This document shows positions 19,738 to 28,103 of a stretch of 64,000 nucleotides of DNA, piece after piece. The translations under genes and the position numbers were made by a program. The stretch spans positions 1,526-65,525 of IMG/VR virus record IMGVR_UViG_3300033076_001518; one strand, written 5' to 3'. The first letter of the stretch is position 1, and each line of letters starts with the position of its first letter. The DNA comes from a virus. Its lineage: Duplodnaviria; Caudoviricetes. The notes under the pieces were generated by a model. That model was not told the origin of the DNA. It worked only from the letters and a program-made list of their open reading frames with translations, and searched no databases.

Positions 19738-20760
19738 TCAGCGCACCTCCGCCGTCGGCACGGACTTCTTCAGCCGGCGCTCGAGCCACTCGTAGCCCGC
19801 CGCGTGCCAGAGGTAGACGTCCGGCGCCAGCAGCTGCATCGCCTCCTCGGTCTTGCCGGCCTTGTGCAGCTTGTGCGCCACGAACATCGGCAACGCCACC
19901 TCGTTCAGGAACGGGAACCGCCAGAACGGCGGCTCCGGGTCCTCAGGGTCCTTGAGGAACATTTTGAGCGCGCGATCGAACGTGTCCCAGTCCCGGGGCT
20001 CCGTGAAGAGGGGCGGGTTCTCGAGCTGATGCGTCCGCGTCTTGGGTTCGTCGGCCCCGTTCATGAGCTTGCGAACGTCGTCCCGATCGATGTACGCGTG
20101 GTAGTTCCAGCTCACCTGGGTGAACGTGCCGACCGCCTTGCCAATCGCGCAAGCCAGGTACTCCTGGAGGAAAGTGAAGTGGACGACGTTGGCTCCGTAG
20201 GCGCCCCAGACGATGTCGTTGGACCGGCACATGACCATCAGGTCCAGCAGCGCGCCGTTCACCCGCACGTACACGTGGGTGTTGCAGGGGACGTCGCGCG
20301 AGAAGTTCGGGTTGCTCAACATGCCGGCCGAGAGGTCCTTGGCGCCGTCCCACATCGCGATCACCACGCGACGCGAGCTCGGGTTGTTGCGCAGCTCGGA
20401 GATGACGTCGTAGAGCTGATCATGACCGAAGTGGTACCGCCACCGGTAGCCGTAGGCCCCGTTGAGCGTCTGCCCGTCGTCGGAGAACTCGGAGAACCGC
20501 GGCACGAAGCGCGTCAGGAACTCGAGGTCGTTTCGCCCCACCAGCATCCACAACGCTTCGAACAGGTGGAAGAACGGGTTGGCATCGCGGAGCGGCGAGA
20601 GCGCGACTCGATTGCGAGGCGCCGGGTAGACGGTCGTGACGGGCTGAGGCGAGACGAGCACGGTGCCGTTGCGGCTGGACTCTTTCGCGCCGGTGCTACC
20701 GAGCAGAGAGAGTCCTTGACGCAGCGCGTCGTCGGGGTTGAGGGCAGTGATGTGGAACAT
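19738..20760 (-). CDS. thymidylate synthase-fold enzyme, probable dUMP hydroxymethylase
   Basis: SRRVVIAMWD, DVPCN (catalytic Cys), RSNDIVWGAYGAN (Asn at the dUMP-specificity position), NYHAY; adjacent to a 5hmU-kinase-type gene. Confidence 0.85.
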   Translation of the reverse strand: MFHITALNPDDALRQGLSLLGSTGAKESSRNGTVLVSPQPVTTVYPAPRNRVALSPLRDANPFFHLFEALWMLVGRNDLEFLTRFVPRFSEFSDDGQTLNGAYGYRWRYHFGHDQLYDVISELRNNPSSRRVVIAMWDGAKDLSAGMLSNPNFSRDVPCNTHVYVRVNGALLDLMVMCRSNDIVWGAYGANVVHFTFLQEYLACAIGKAVGTFTQVSWNYHAYIDRDDVRKLMNGADEPKTRTHQLENPPLFTEPRDWDTFDRALKMFLKDPEDPEPPFWRFPFLNEVALPMFVAHKLHKAGKTEEAMQLLAPDVYLWHAAGYEWLERRLKKSVPTAEVR

Positions 20761-21633
20761 TCATACTCCTGGGTAAGTGGCGCGGGGGCGGCCCTCGCCT
20801 AGTCTAGCGCGTTCGTACTTGTCGAATTCGCACAAAGAGTGCTCGATCTCGCGCATCTCCAGCGCGGGCTTGAAGGGCCACGTCGGAAACAGTTTCGCGT
20901 AGACCGCGCGCATGGCGTCCAGTGCTCGGCCGTCGCTCATGGCGTTGCGAACCGGCAGGCCCATGAGCCGATTCAACCCCCGCTTGGCGCCGGGCCCCGC
21001 GTGGGCCCACCCGCGGGCGTCTTGTAGCCACGGCACTTTCTGCCCGTAGCGCGTGTAGCGCGCGTCGCACACTACCTCGTAGGCAGTGAACCCGCCCCAT
21101 CCGTGGTACGGCAGGAGCGCGGCGTGCGCCTGCTGCATGCTGCCGTACTCGAACGCCTCGCGGACCTTCTTTCGGTCCTGCCACACGCTATCTAGCACGA
21201 GCTTCGTGGTGAAGAACGCCTTGTCTTTCGGGTCGTCGGGCTTCGTACCGTGCGCATTGAGCATGTACGCGCCCGTGTACAGCTTCTCGCCGCGGGCCTG
21301 CCGCGCCAGCATGATCTTGCGGATCTCGCGCCAGTCGTAGTTGCCGCCCACCCGGAACTTGGCGCTCTCAGCGTAGATCTCGGCCAGCGTTTCGGGCCAG
21401 TTGATCTGTCGCGCCATGCAGAGCCGGAACCAGAGATTCGGGCAGTCGGCGTAGGGCTCGCGGATGTTCTCCCGAATCCAGATCGTGACCGTGTCCAGCT
21501 CGCGGTAGACGTTGCAGAACCGGTAGCGCTGCAGGACCGGGTCATCGGTCCAGGGCTTCGCTTCTCCGGCGTCGCGCTTCAGGTAGATGTTGTGCCGCTT
21601 CATCATGAAGCGGCGGAGCGGGTCGATCTTCAT
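20761..21633 (-). CDS. 5-hmdU DNA kinase helical domain / aGPT-Pplase1-family protein
   Basis: PWTDDPVLQRYRFCNVYRELDTVT, GFTAYEVVCD, GPGAKRGL, IEHSLCEFDKY.R motifs; ATG 21633 overlaps the upstream stop. Confidence 0.85.
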   Translation of the reverse strand: MKIDPLRRFMMKRHNIYLKRDAGEAKPWTDDPVLQRYRFCNVYRELDTVTIWIRENIREPYADCPNLWFRLCMARQINWPETLAEIYAESAKFRVGGNYDWREIRKIMLARQARGEKLYTGAYMLNAHGTKPDDPKDKAFFTTKLVLDSVWQDRKKVREAFEYGSMQQAHAALLPYHGWGGFTAYEVVCDARYTRYGQKVPWLQDARGWAHAGPGAKRGLNRLMGLPVRNAMSDGRALDAMRAVYAKLFPTWPFKPALEMREIEHSLCEFDKYERARLGEGRPRATYPGV

Positions 21634-22343
21634 TTGACCGCCCTTTCGGCGACGGCCATCTGCTCCGGCGTGCCGACAGGGTGCCAGCCGTTCACTTCGA
21701 CGGCGCCGCAGCCGAGAGACAGAAACGAACTCATAGACCGCTCGGAGCCGCCGAGCAAAACGGACGCAGCACGAGAGCGGAAGTAGCCGAAGCTCGGAAA
21801 TCCGTAGATCCCAGTGCCGACCAGCCAACTCCCGAGAGAAGGCTCGTAGTTGAACCCGCGTTTCTCGTTCATGTCGAGCGCGGAGCCCTCGCACACTCGA
21901 GCACAGCAGAAACTCGTCGCCGACAGCCAGACCGGCTGCGGAGCCACCGTGAGGAACTGGTCCCCGATCGGCAGCTGCTCGATCCACCCCCGCTGATCCG
22001 GCGCGTAGTAGTTGTCGCAGTCCATGAAGACCACGGGCTCGTCGGGCGGGAGATGCGCGCCGGCCAGCAGCGCGCTCGCCGCGGGGCCGGGCTGCGTGAT
22101 GCTGACGGGGACCATGTAGTCTTCTTCGAAGTACGGGGCGTCTTGACGGGCGAATTTCGCGACTTCCGGGGTCACGACGAAGACGAGACGCTCCGGCTTC
22201 ATCTCGATTGCCAGCTCGGCGGTGTGATCGAGCAGCGTCTGGCCTCTGAACGTCAGCAGCGGCTTCGGCGTCGTTACGCCTGCAGCCGAGAACCGTTCGC
22301 CGCGCCCGGCGGCCAGGATGACGACGTTAAAGGCGCGTGGCAT
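21630..22343 (-). CDS. sugar-phosphate nucleotidyltransferase (NTP_transferase family)
   Basis: VILAAGRGERF...TPKPLL, VFMDCD, GIYGF, WHPVGTPE. Confidence 0.85.
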   Translation of the reverse strand: MPRAFNVVILAAGRGERFSAAGVTTPKPLLTFRGQTLLDHTAELAIEMKPERLVFVVTPEVAKFARQDAPYFEEDYMVPVSITQPGPAASALLAGAHLPPDEPVVFMDCDNYYAPDQRGWIEQLPIGDQFLTVAPQPVWLSATSFCCARVCEGSALDMNEKRGFNYEPSLGSWLVGTGIYGFPSFGYFRSRAASVLLGGSERSMSSFLSLGCGAVEVNGWHPVGTPEQMAVAERAVK

Positions 22344-23052
22344 AGCTCATGACCTTTTCGTAGAACTCGGTTTGGCGAGGGAAGAACGGCGGCTCCTTGG
22401 CGGCTACTCGCACCGCGTGCGACACGAGGTAGTAGCCAAGGAGCGCCAGATCCGGCCGGTACTCACGCATTAGCCGCTCGACCTCGCGCCAAAGCGCGCG
22501 CGAACGAGCGCCGTCGGTGTCGAATCCGAGTGCGCTGAACATCATCTTCGACAGATCGACTTCGAACTCCGGCGGCGCTGCGCGCGGGGAGAAATCGATG
22601 AGACGGACGCCATCGCGGGTCCAGACTGCGTTGGACAGCGTCGCGTCGCCATGAACGAAGGCGTTCTGCGAGATGGGCAGCCCCGCCATGCTCGCGTAGT
22701 GGCGCCCGAGCGCCGACAGGAGCGAGGTGCGGAGCCCGTTGCGGACTTCGGAGCGCTCCATCTGCGTTGTCACGTAGCGATGGTACGCCTCCCGCGTGCA
22801 GGCGGCCCGCGGCGAGTTCTCGCGCCAGAGCCGCTCGAAGCAGTGAGCGAAGTCGGTGATCGAGCCGAGCGGGATGGGCGCCATCGCCAGCGGCATCGCG
22901 AAGCTCGTCCGCGACATCGGCTCCACCGCCATGGCAACGGTAGCCGGCGCGGCCACCATGATGCGGTACTGCGCCTCGCACTCGGCCACGGACTCGAACG
23001 TCTTCAGCACGCTCAGTCGCGCGCCGCTGGGTCTCTTCTCACTGCTGCTCAT
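22327..23052 (-). CDS. APH / choline-kinase-fold phosphotransferase
   Basis: HGDATLSN catalytic loop, LIDF metal-binding motif, DLSKM. Confidence 0.75.
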   Translation of the reverse strand: MSSSEKRPSGARLSVLKTFESVAECEAQYRIMVAAPATVAMAVEPMSRTSFAMPLAMAPIPLGSITDFAHCFERLWRENSPRAACTREAYHRYVTTQMERSEVRNGLRTSLLSALGRHYASMAGLPISQNAFVHGDATLSNAVWTRDGVRLIDFSPRAAPPEFEVDLSKMMFSALGFDTDGARSRALWREVERLMREYRPDLALLGYYLVSHAVRVAAKEPPFFPRQTEFYEKVMSYATRL

Positions 23053-23848
23053 TGATGCCGCTCTCCAGCGCTTTCTTCCACGAAACGACCACCTCCTTGC
23101 GAGGGGTGCCCTTGTAGTTCTTGTCGACCACGCGCACGAAGCCAGGGTGAAGCGCGGCGAGCTTGTGCGCGGCGGCGTCGCTGGCGGAGACCGTTCTCTC
23201 GCCGCTACAGCCGCCGGGAGCGCCGTAGGCCCCCGGGGCGACGCACCAGTCGTAGCACTGAATGCTCTCTTGACCGGCGCGCAGCAGCGTGAGCGCCATG
23301 TGGAAGTCCTCGCGGAAAGCGACAGCGTTGAACTTGAACTTCATCTTCACCAGCTCTTTCCGCCGGTAGCCGAAGGCGTGCATGAGCCGATTGGCGCCGC
23401 GCTTCCAGTCGAGAGGCTCCAGGTCATTGCCGAAGCGGCTGCTGATGCCGACGGACGAATGGTCGGAGTTCAGCCCGAACTCCAGCTCTTCGAACAGCCG
23501 CTGGACGCCTCCGTCCGTCACGTAGTCGAGGCTCAGCGTCTTGTGCCCAGGGCGGGCCTTCCAGCGCCCGTCGCGGTAGTCGCGGTAGTGCATCTCGCAC
23601 CGCTTGTAGAAGACCATGTCGTCGTCCAGCATGAAGACGTCGTCCTTGACGTTCTCCAGAATCCACTGGCGTTTGTCGGCGATGGTCTTGACCGGCGCGT
23701 TCTTCACGTGCCGATGGGTCCGCCGCAGAGCTTCGTGCTCGGCTGCGTCAGACGTGATGAGAAGAACCTCCCGGCGCAGCGCGTCCGGGAGGGCGGCCAG
23801 AGTCGTCTGCTTGGCGACTCGACCGTAGGTTGGGATGACAATCCGCAC
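23039..23848 (-). CDS. GT-A fold glycosyltransferase (TET-associated TAGT/GREB1-like)
   Basis: IVIPTYGR, KRQWI, FMLDDD (DxD), REDFHMALTLL, GGCSGER. Confidence 0.8.
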   Translation of the reverse strand: MRIVIPTYGRVAKQTTLAALPDALRREVLLITSDAAEHEALRRTHRHVKNAPVKTIADKRQWILENVKDDVFMLDDDMVFYKRCEMHYRDYRDGRWKARPGHKTLSLDYVTDGGVQRLFEELEFGLNSDHSSVGISSRFGNDLEPLDWKRGANRLMHAFGYRRKELVKMKFKFNAVAFREDFHMALTLLRAGQESIQCYDWCVAPGAYGAPGGCSGERTVSASDAAAHKLAALHPGFVRVVDKNYKGTPRKEVVVSWKKALESGINEQQ

Positions 23849-23891
23849 TTGCTCGCTCCTCGTGCGGCACCGAAGCCGCGGGCCCGTCGGG

Positions 23892-24596
23892 CTACTTGAC
23901 TTCGATGAACTCCATCTTGACGTCCCAGTTCACGTCGGCCCGGGTGCCGCCGGCCGCGATGTACTCGTCGACGGTCATGCCGTTCTTGTACAGCGCGAAG
24001 CGGGTCGCGGCGGCCGCACGCTTCGGGTTCTCCTTGACGAGGATCTTGATCTTGGCCGAGCCGTCGATGTTCGGCTTGCGGCCGCGCGTGCCGGCCTCCT
24101 CGGCGGCGGGGGCCTTCTTGGCGGCGGGCTTGTCGGCGGACTTCTTCGCGGCGGGCTTGTCGGCCGCCTTCTTCGCGGGGGTTGCGGCCTTCTTGGCCGC
24201 GGAGGTCTTGGCGGATGCCATGATGTCGTCTTCTCCTGGTTCGGTGACGGGGTTGGTGGGGGTAGACGCTGGAATGTCGACGTCCGGCAGCTCGACCTTG
24301 CGATCGAACTTGCCGTCCGCGATTCGGCCGAGTAGCGTACGAACCTCGGCTGAAACTTTGGGTGAGTAGCCGTCCTCGACGCTCAGGTAGCGCTGGGCGG
24401 CACGGCCGGGGGCGTAGTCGGTCTTCTCGAAGCGGCGGAAGAACGCGTCCTGCGACTCGCGCTGAACGACGAGCTCGACGGGCGAGTACGCCACGAAGCG
24501 CACGTACTTGCGGTCGACGCCGAGCAGGATGCAGCTGTGGCGACCCGCGTCGCGGTAGACGGCGCACTCGTCTTTGTGAACGTCGAATTTGTTCAC
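23892..24596 (-). CDS. protein with Lys/Ala-rich histone-H1-like linker and conserved C-terminal domain (paralogue of 44798-45430)
   Basis: GTG 24596 overlaps the upstream stop; AAKKAATPAKKAADKPAAKK followed by NPKR...RFALYKNGMTVDEYIAAGG. Confidence 0.7.
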   Translation of the reverse strand: MNKFDVHKDECAVYRDAGRHSCILLGVDRKYVRFVAYSPVELVVQRESQDAFFRRFEKTDYAPGRAAQRYLSVEDGYSPKVSAEVRTLLGRIADGKFDRKVELPDVDIPASTPTNPVTEPGEDDIMASAKTSAAKKAATPAKKAADKPAAKKSADKPAAKKAPAAEEAGTRGRKPNIDGSAKIKILVKENPKRAAAATRFALYKNGMTVDEYIAAGGTRADVNWDVKMEFIEVK

Positions 24597-24787
24597 AGCT
24601 GACCCTCCGCGATTGCCTTGGCGATCAACGCCAGGAGCTTCTCCGCCGGCATCTTGGCGAACTTGGCCAGCGGCTCCAGCTCCAGGCACATAGCGTAGCG
24701 CGCGTTCTCGTCCGCCATCATGATGGCGTCGGCACCGTGCTTCTCGATGAAGCGAGCGCGCTGCTCTTTGAACTGATCCATGTTCAT
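24593..24787 (-). CDS. hypothetical protein
   Basis: Short ORF coupled to the downstream gene. Confidence 0.55.
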   Translation of the reverse strand: MNMDQFKEQRARFIEKHGADAIMMADENARYAMCLELEPLAKFAKMPAEKLLALIAKAIAEGQL

Positions 24788-24824
24788 AGTGGCGCTCACT
24801 ATAGTCTAATTTCGTAGCCTCGTT

Positions 24825-26366
24825 CTACGCAAGAAGACCGGTGTACTTACGGCGAGCTGAGTAGTTCTTGAGCGCGTCGTGTAGCCGCTGCTGCGTAGAG
24901 CCCTTGCGCTGCAGCGCTGCGTAGACAAGGTCGTCTACGGTGTCGCGCGACATGATGTGGTGGACGAACACGCGCGCGGCTTCGTTCCCCTGGCGGCGCA
25001 GCCGGCGGATGAACTGGTCGTAGTTCTCGAAGTTCCACGTAAGCCCGAAGACTGCGATCTGGTTGGCGCTGCCTTTCTGGAAGTTCAGCCCGTGGCCCAT
25101 CGAGTTCGAGTGCCCGAAGAGCAGCGGGATCCAGTTGCGGTTCCACGCCTCCTGGTACTCCAGCGCCTTCTTATCGCTGGTGCCGCCGCCGATGAATGGG
25201 GTGTCTTTGCCGAACCTTTTCAACAGTCGCTCGAGGTCGTGCCCGTACTCGTACATGACCAGTAAGGGCTGGCCATTGAGCTCGTCGACGAGGTCCTCGA
25301 GGGCCTCGAGCTTCTCGTCGTGAAGAATCTCGTACCGCCGCTTCCCGGTGCGCGGCATGCCGGTCTCGGGGTCGACACGGTCCTCGTAGAGCGCGCCGTT
25401 CGCCATCTGGCGGCATTTCTGGCTCAGCGAAGCGGCGCTCTCCGCGGTGAAGATCTGACCGTTCAGCTCTACCATGAACTCAGCCTCAATCTCGTCGTAC
25501 GCAGCGCGGGCTTTCTCTGGCAGATCGACGAAGATGCGATTCGGAATGAGCTTCGGCAGCTTGATGTGGTCCTCGGCGTCGATGCGCAACACGAGGTTCG
25601 CTATCCTGGCGTAGATGGCCTCTTCAGCCCCCGGCTTGATGGCGTAGCCGGGGTGCATCTCGTCGCCGTAGGCGTCGAAGTACTGGAACCGGAAGTGGGT
25701 GATGAACCGGCCGAGCGACTTGCCGAGATCTAACGTGTAGCACTCTCCGAAAAGATCCATCAGTCCGTTGGCGGCCGGGGAGCCCGTGAGCCCCCAGCGG
25801 CGTTCGAACTTGTCAAGCCACAGCTTGACCGTCTTGTAGCGGGCGGTGTGCTGGTTCTTCATCTTCGACAGCTCGTCGAAGACGATGTTGTGCACCTTCT
25901 TAGCCCGCAGCGCGGCTTTCAGTCGCCCGGTTTTGATGAGCCACAGGAGTCCATCGTACGTGACGACGTAGACGTCGTGCTCGGCGTCCCAGATCTCTTC
26001 GCGGCGAGGTCCATGAACGAGGCCGACGCTGATCTCGGAGAACTCTTTCCAGATGCGCTGTTCTTCTGGCCACACACCCACCGCGGGGCGGCGCGGCGCG
26101 ACGACGATCGTTCGGTGGCCGAGGTTCGCGCGCTTCAGTACGCGGATGGCCGCGTACGTGACGGACGTCTTACCGAGGCCGGGATCGAGGAACAGCCCTG
26201 CGCTTCGTCGCTCTAGCAGGAACTTGAGTGCTTTCAGCTGGTAGCGATGAGGCTTCCAGGTCTTGGGTGGCTCGGGTTTTGAGGACAACCTTACCGCGGC
26301 CAATCGCTGCGACAACGTGAGCGAAGGCTTCCTCAACGGTGTCGCAGACTTCAACCTGGTAGCCAT
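24825..26366 (-). CDS. SNF2-family (SF2) helicase
   Basis: PHRYQ, DPGLGKT, VFDELS, LTGSP, GHGLNFQ, QFIRRLRRQG; start uncertain because of overlap with the VRR-NUC gene. Confidence 0.9.
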   Translation of the reverse strand: MATRLKSATPLRKPSLTLSQRLAAVRLSSKPEPPKTWKPHRYQLKALKFLLERRSAGLFLDPGLGKTSVTYAAIRVLKRANLGHRTIVVAPRRPAVGVWPEEQRIWKEFSEISVGLVHGPRREEIWDAEHDVYVVTYDGLLWLIKTGRLKAALRAKKVHNIVFDELSKMKNQHTARYKTVKLWLDKFERRWGLTGSPAANGLMDLFGECYTLDLGKSLGRFITHFRFQYFDAYGDEMHPGYAIKPGAEEAIYARIANLVLRIDAEDHIKLPKLIPNRIFVDLPEKARAAYDEIEAEFMVELNGQIFTAESAASLSQKCRQMANGALYEDRVDPETGMPRTGKRRYEILHDEKLEALEDLVDELNGQPLLVMYEYGHDLERLLKRFGKDTPFIGGGTSDKKALEYQEAWNRNWIPLLFGHSNSMGHGLNFQKGSANQIAVFGLTWNFENYDQFIRRLRRQGNEAARVFVHHIMSRDTVDDLVYAALQRKGSTQQRLHDALKNYSARRKYTGLLA

Positions 26367-26580
26367 AGGTTCGCCAACGTCGATGTACGAGAGCTTGAAG
26401 CTTAGTCGGCTCTTCGCCAGGGCGCTTGAACTCGATCAGAAGCGGCCAGCCCGGCACGAGAAAGAGCCGATCGGGCCGCCCCCGTTTGCGCACGAGCTTG
26501 AGGTTCTCGATGCCCAGCTCCATCTGCGCGCGCTCGCAAGCGCGGCGCTCGATGCTGGACTCAAGCGGTCGCCCAGCCAC
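26170..26580 (-). CDS. VRR-NUC domain nuclease
   Basis: ESSIE...GRPDRLFL...LIEFKRPG...TKLQ motif; usual position upstream of an SNF2 helicase. Confidence 0.85.
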   Translation of the reverse strand: MAGRPLESSIERRACERAQMELGIENLKLVRKRGRPDRLFLVPGWPLLIEFKRPGEEPTKLQALVHRRWRTYGYQVEVCDTVEEAFAHVVAAIGRGKVVLKTRATQDLEASSLPAESTQVPARATKRRAVPRSRPR

Positions 26581-27373
26581 CGGTGTGGTTCAGGATCGCG
26601 ACCGCGTGCTGCGCCTGCGCCACCGCGTCGTCGAGCGCGTGATGCGGCCGCACGGGTTCGGCAGGGGCAGCCACGCCGCTCAGGGCACGCAGCGTGCGGA
26701 AGCAGCGCGAGTGCTTGTACTTCCAAGGCGGCGCGGAGTTGAACGCGTGGCACAGCGCAGCGAGGATCGGCTCGTCGAAGCTGGCGCCGTTGCCCCAGAG
26801 CCGCATCGTGCGCCAGTTGGTGTTCGCGGCGATCCACAGCCGGAAGTTCTCCAGCGCCATGGCGGGGTGCTGCTGGTCTTGCTCGAACACCGCCTGCAGC
26901 GCCGGATCGTGCCGCCCCCACCAAGCGATCGTCTCCGGCTCGGCGAAGAGCCCGTGCTCCGCCTGCGGCGCGAGGGCGAAGTTTACGTAGAAGCGCTCTC
27001 GCAGGCCGGTCGGTGAGAAGAACACCGCGCCTAGGCTCCGCACCTGGCACCCCGGGCGCGTGCCGTAGGTCTCGAGATCGATCATCAGGTGGTCGTGATC
27101 CGGGACCAGCGCGTACGTCAACGTCGTAGGGCGACTCGGCGAGATGGCGTGCCGCAACGGCTCCGCGGGGTTGATCGCGTGGCGCGCGCCGAACCAGGTT
27201 GACACAGTGTACCACGCACCGTCCGGATTCGGCGCCACCGTCAAACGCAGCGGCTCGCGAATGTACAGATCGTTCTCGACGTTCAATGCGCGCTGCACGA
27301 AATTGAGCGTCTGGAAGGCCGCTTCGGCCTCCGGCTTGGTCGGGAACTGCAGTTGGATCGCAGGGGTCTTCAT
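26561..27373 (-). CDS. DEDDh 3'-5' exonuclease with N-terminal extension
   Basis: HLMIDLET, WGNGASFD, RCFRTL, HHALDDA. Confidence 0.85.
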   Translation of the reverse strand: MKTPAIQLQFPTKPEAEAAFQTLNFVQRALNVENDLYIREPLRLTVAPNPDGAWYTVSTWFGARHAINPAEPLRHAISPSRPTTLTYALVPDHDHLMIDLETYGTRPGCQVRSLGAVFFSPTGLRERFYVNFALAPQAEHGLFAEPETIAWWGRHDPALQAVFEQDQQHPAMALENFRLWIAANTNWRTMRLWGNGASFDEPILAALCHAFNSAPPWKYKHSRCFRTLRALSGVAAPAEPVRPHHALDDAVAQAQHAVAILNHTGGWATA

Positions 27374-27386
27374 CTTCGGTTGCTCC

Positions 27387-28103
27387 TCAGTACTTGCAAG
27401 GGCCGCCGTTGCTCTTGCGGTAGTGGCAGAACCGGCAGGCGTCGCCGGGCGTGGGGTTGAAAGCGCGATCCGCGAACATCTTCTTCACGCGCGCTTCCCA
27501 CTTCTTGCGCATGTCTTTCGCGTCCTTGCGGAGGAACTCGATCTCGGGCTCGTCCTGCTCAGGGTCCGGGTAGATGCGCCCCTGGTCCAAGTACCACAAC
27601 CGCGGGCTCACCACGTCGACCGTCGGCACCTGCACGAAGCCGGCCGTGCCGTAGAGGTCCAGCTGCAGCAGGTACTCGGCGTTCTTCTCTTCGCGGAACT
27701 TGCCGGTCTTGTGGTCGATCGGCACCAGCGCGTTGTGCTCGACGTTGGTGTAGTGAACGTCGAGCTTGACCCGCAGCCAGCATCCGGTCCAGTCGTTCCA
27801 GCTGGTCAGCGTCCAGTCGCTCTTGAACGCCCACTGCTCTTCGACGCCTTTGACCTGCTGCTTCCGGAGGCGGGCGAACTCCTCCTTGAAGAGCGCCAGG
27901 TCCTTCGGCAGCGTACGCAGCTTGCCGTTCGTGTAGTCCTCGGCCATCTTGTGGATGGCTGTGCCGCGCGCCATGGCCGCGCTCGGAGGTTCGACCAGCT
28001 TCTCGAGATGCTTGTACTTGAACTTGGCCGGGCAGGCCTGGTAGTCCTGGTAGCGAGAGAACGACCAGGAAGTGACGACGTTGGCTTTCGGATTGCTAGG
28101 CAT
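27387..28103 (-). CDS. PD-(D/E)XK (Cas4/AddB-like) exonuclease
   Basis: WSFSRY...CP, RGTAIH, IDHKTGK, CRFCHY...C. Confidence 0.85.
   Translation of the reverse strand: MPSNPKANVVTSWSFSRYQDYQACPAKFKYKHLEKLVEPPSAAMARGTAIHKMAEDYTNGKLRTLPKDLALFKEEFARLRKQQVKGVEEQWAFKSDWTLTSWNDWTGCWLRVKLDVHYTNVEHNALVPIDHKTGKFREEKNAEYLLQLDLYGTAGFVQVPTVDVVSPRLWYLDQGRIYPDPEQDEPEIEFLRKDAKDMRKKWEARVKKMFADRAFNPTPGDACRFCHYRKSNGGPCKY

Noticed and set aside
27387-28103. Cas4-like nuclease as a sign of a CRISPR system
   Set aside because: No repeat-spacer array or other cas genes; such nucleases are routine in phage replication blocks.
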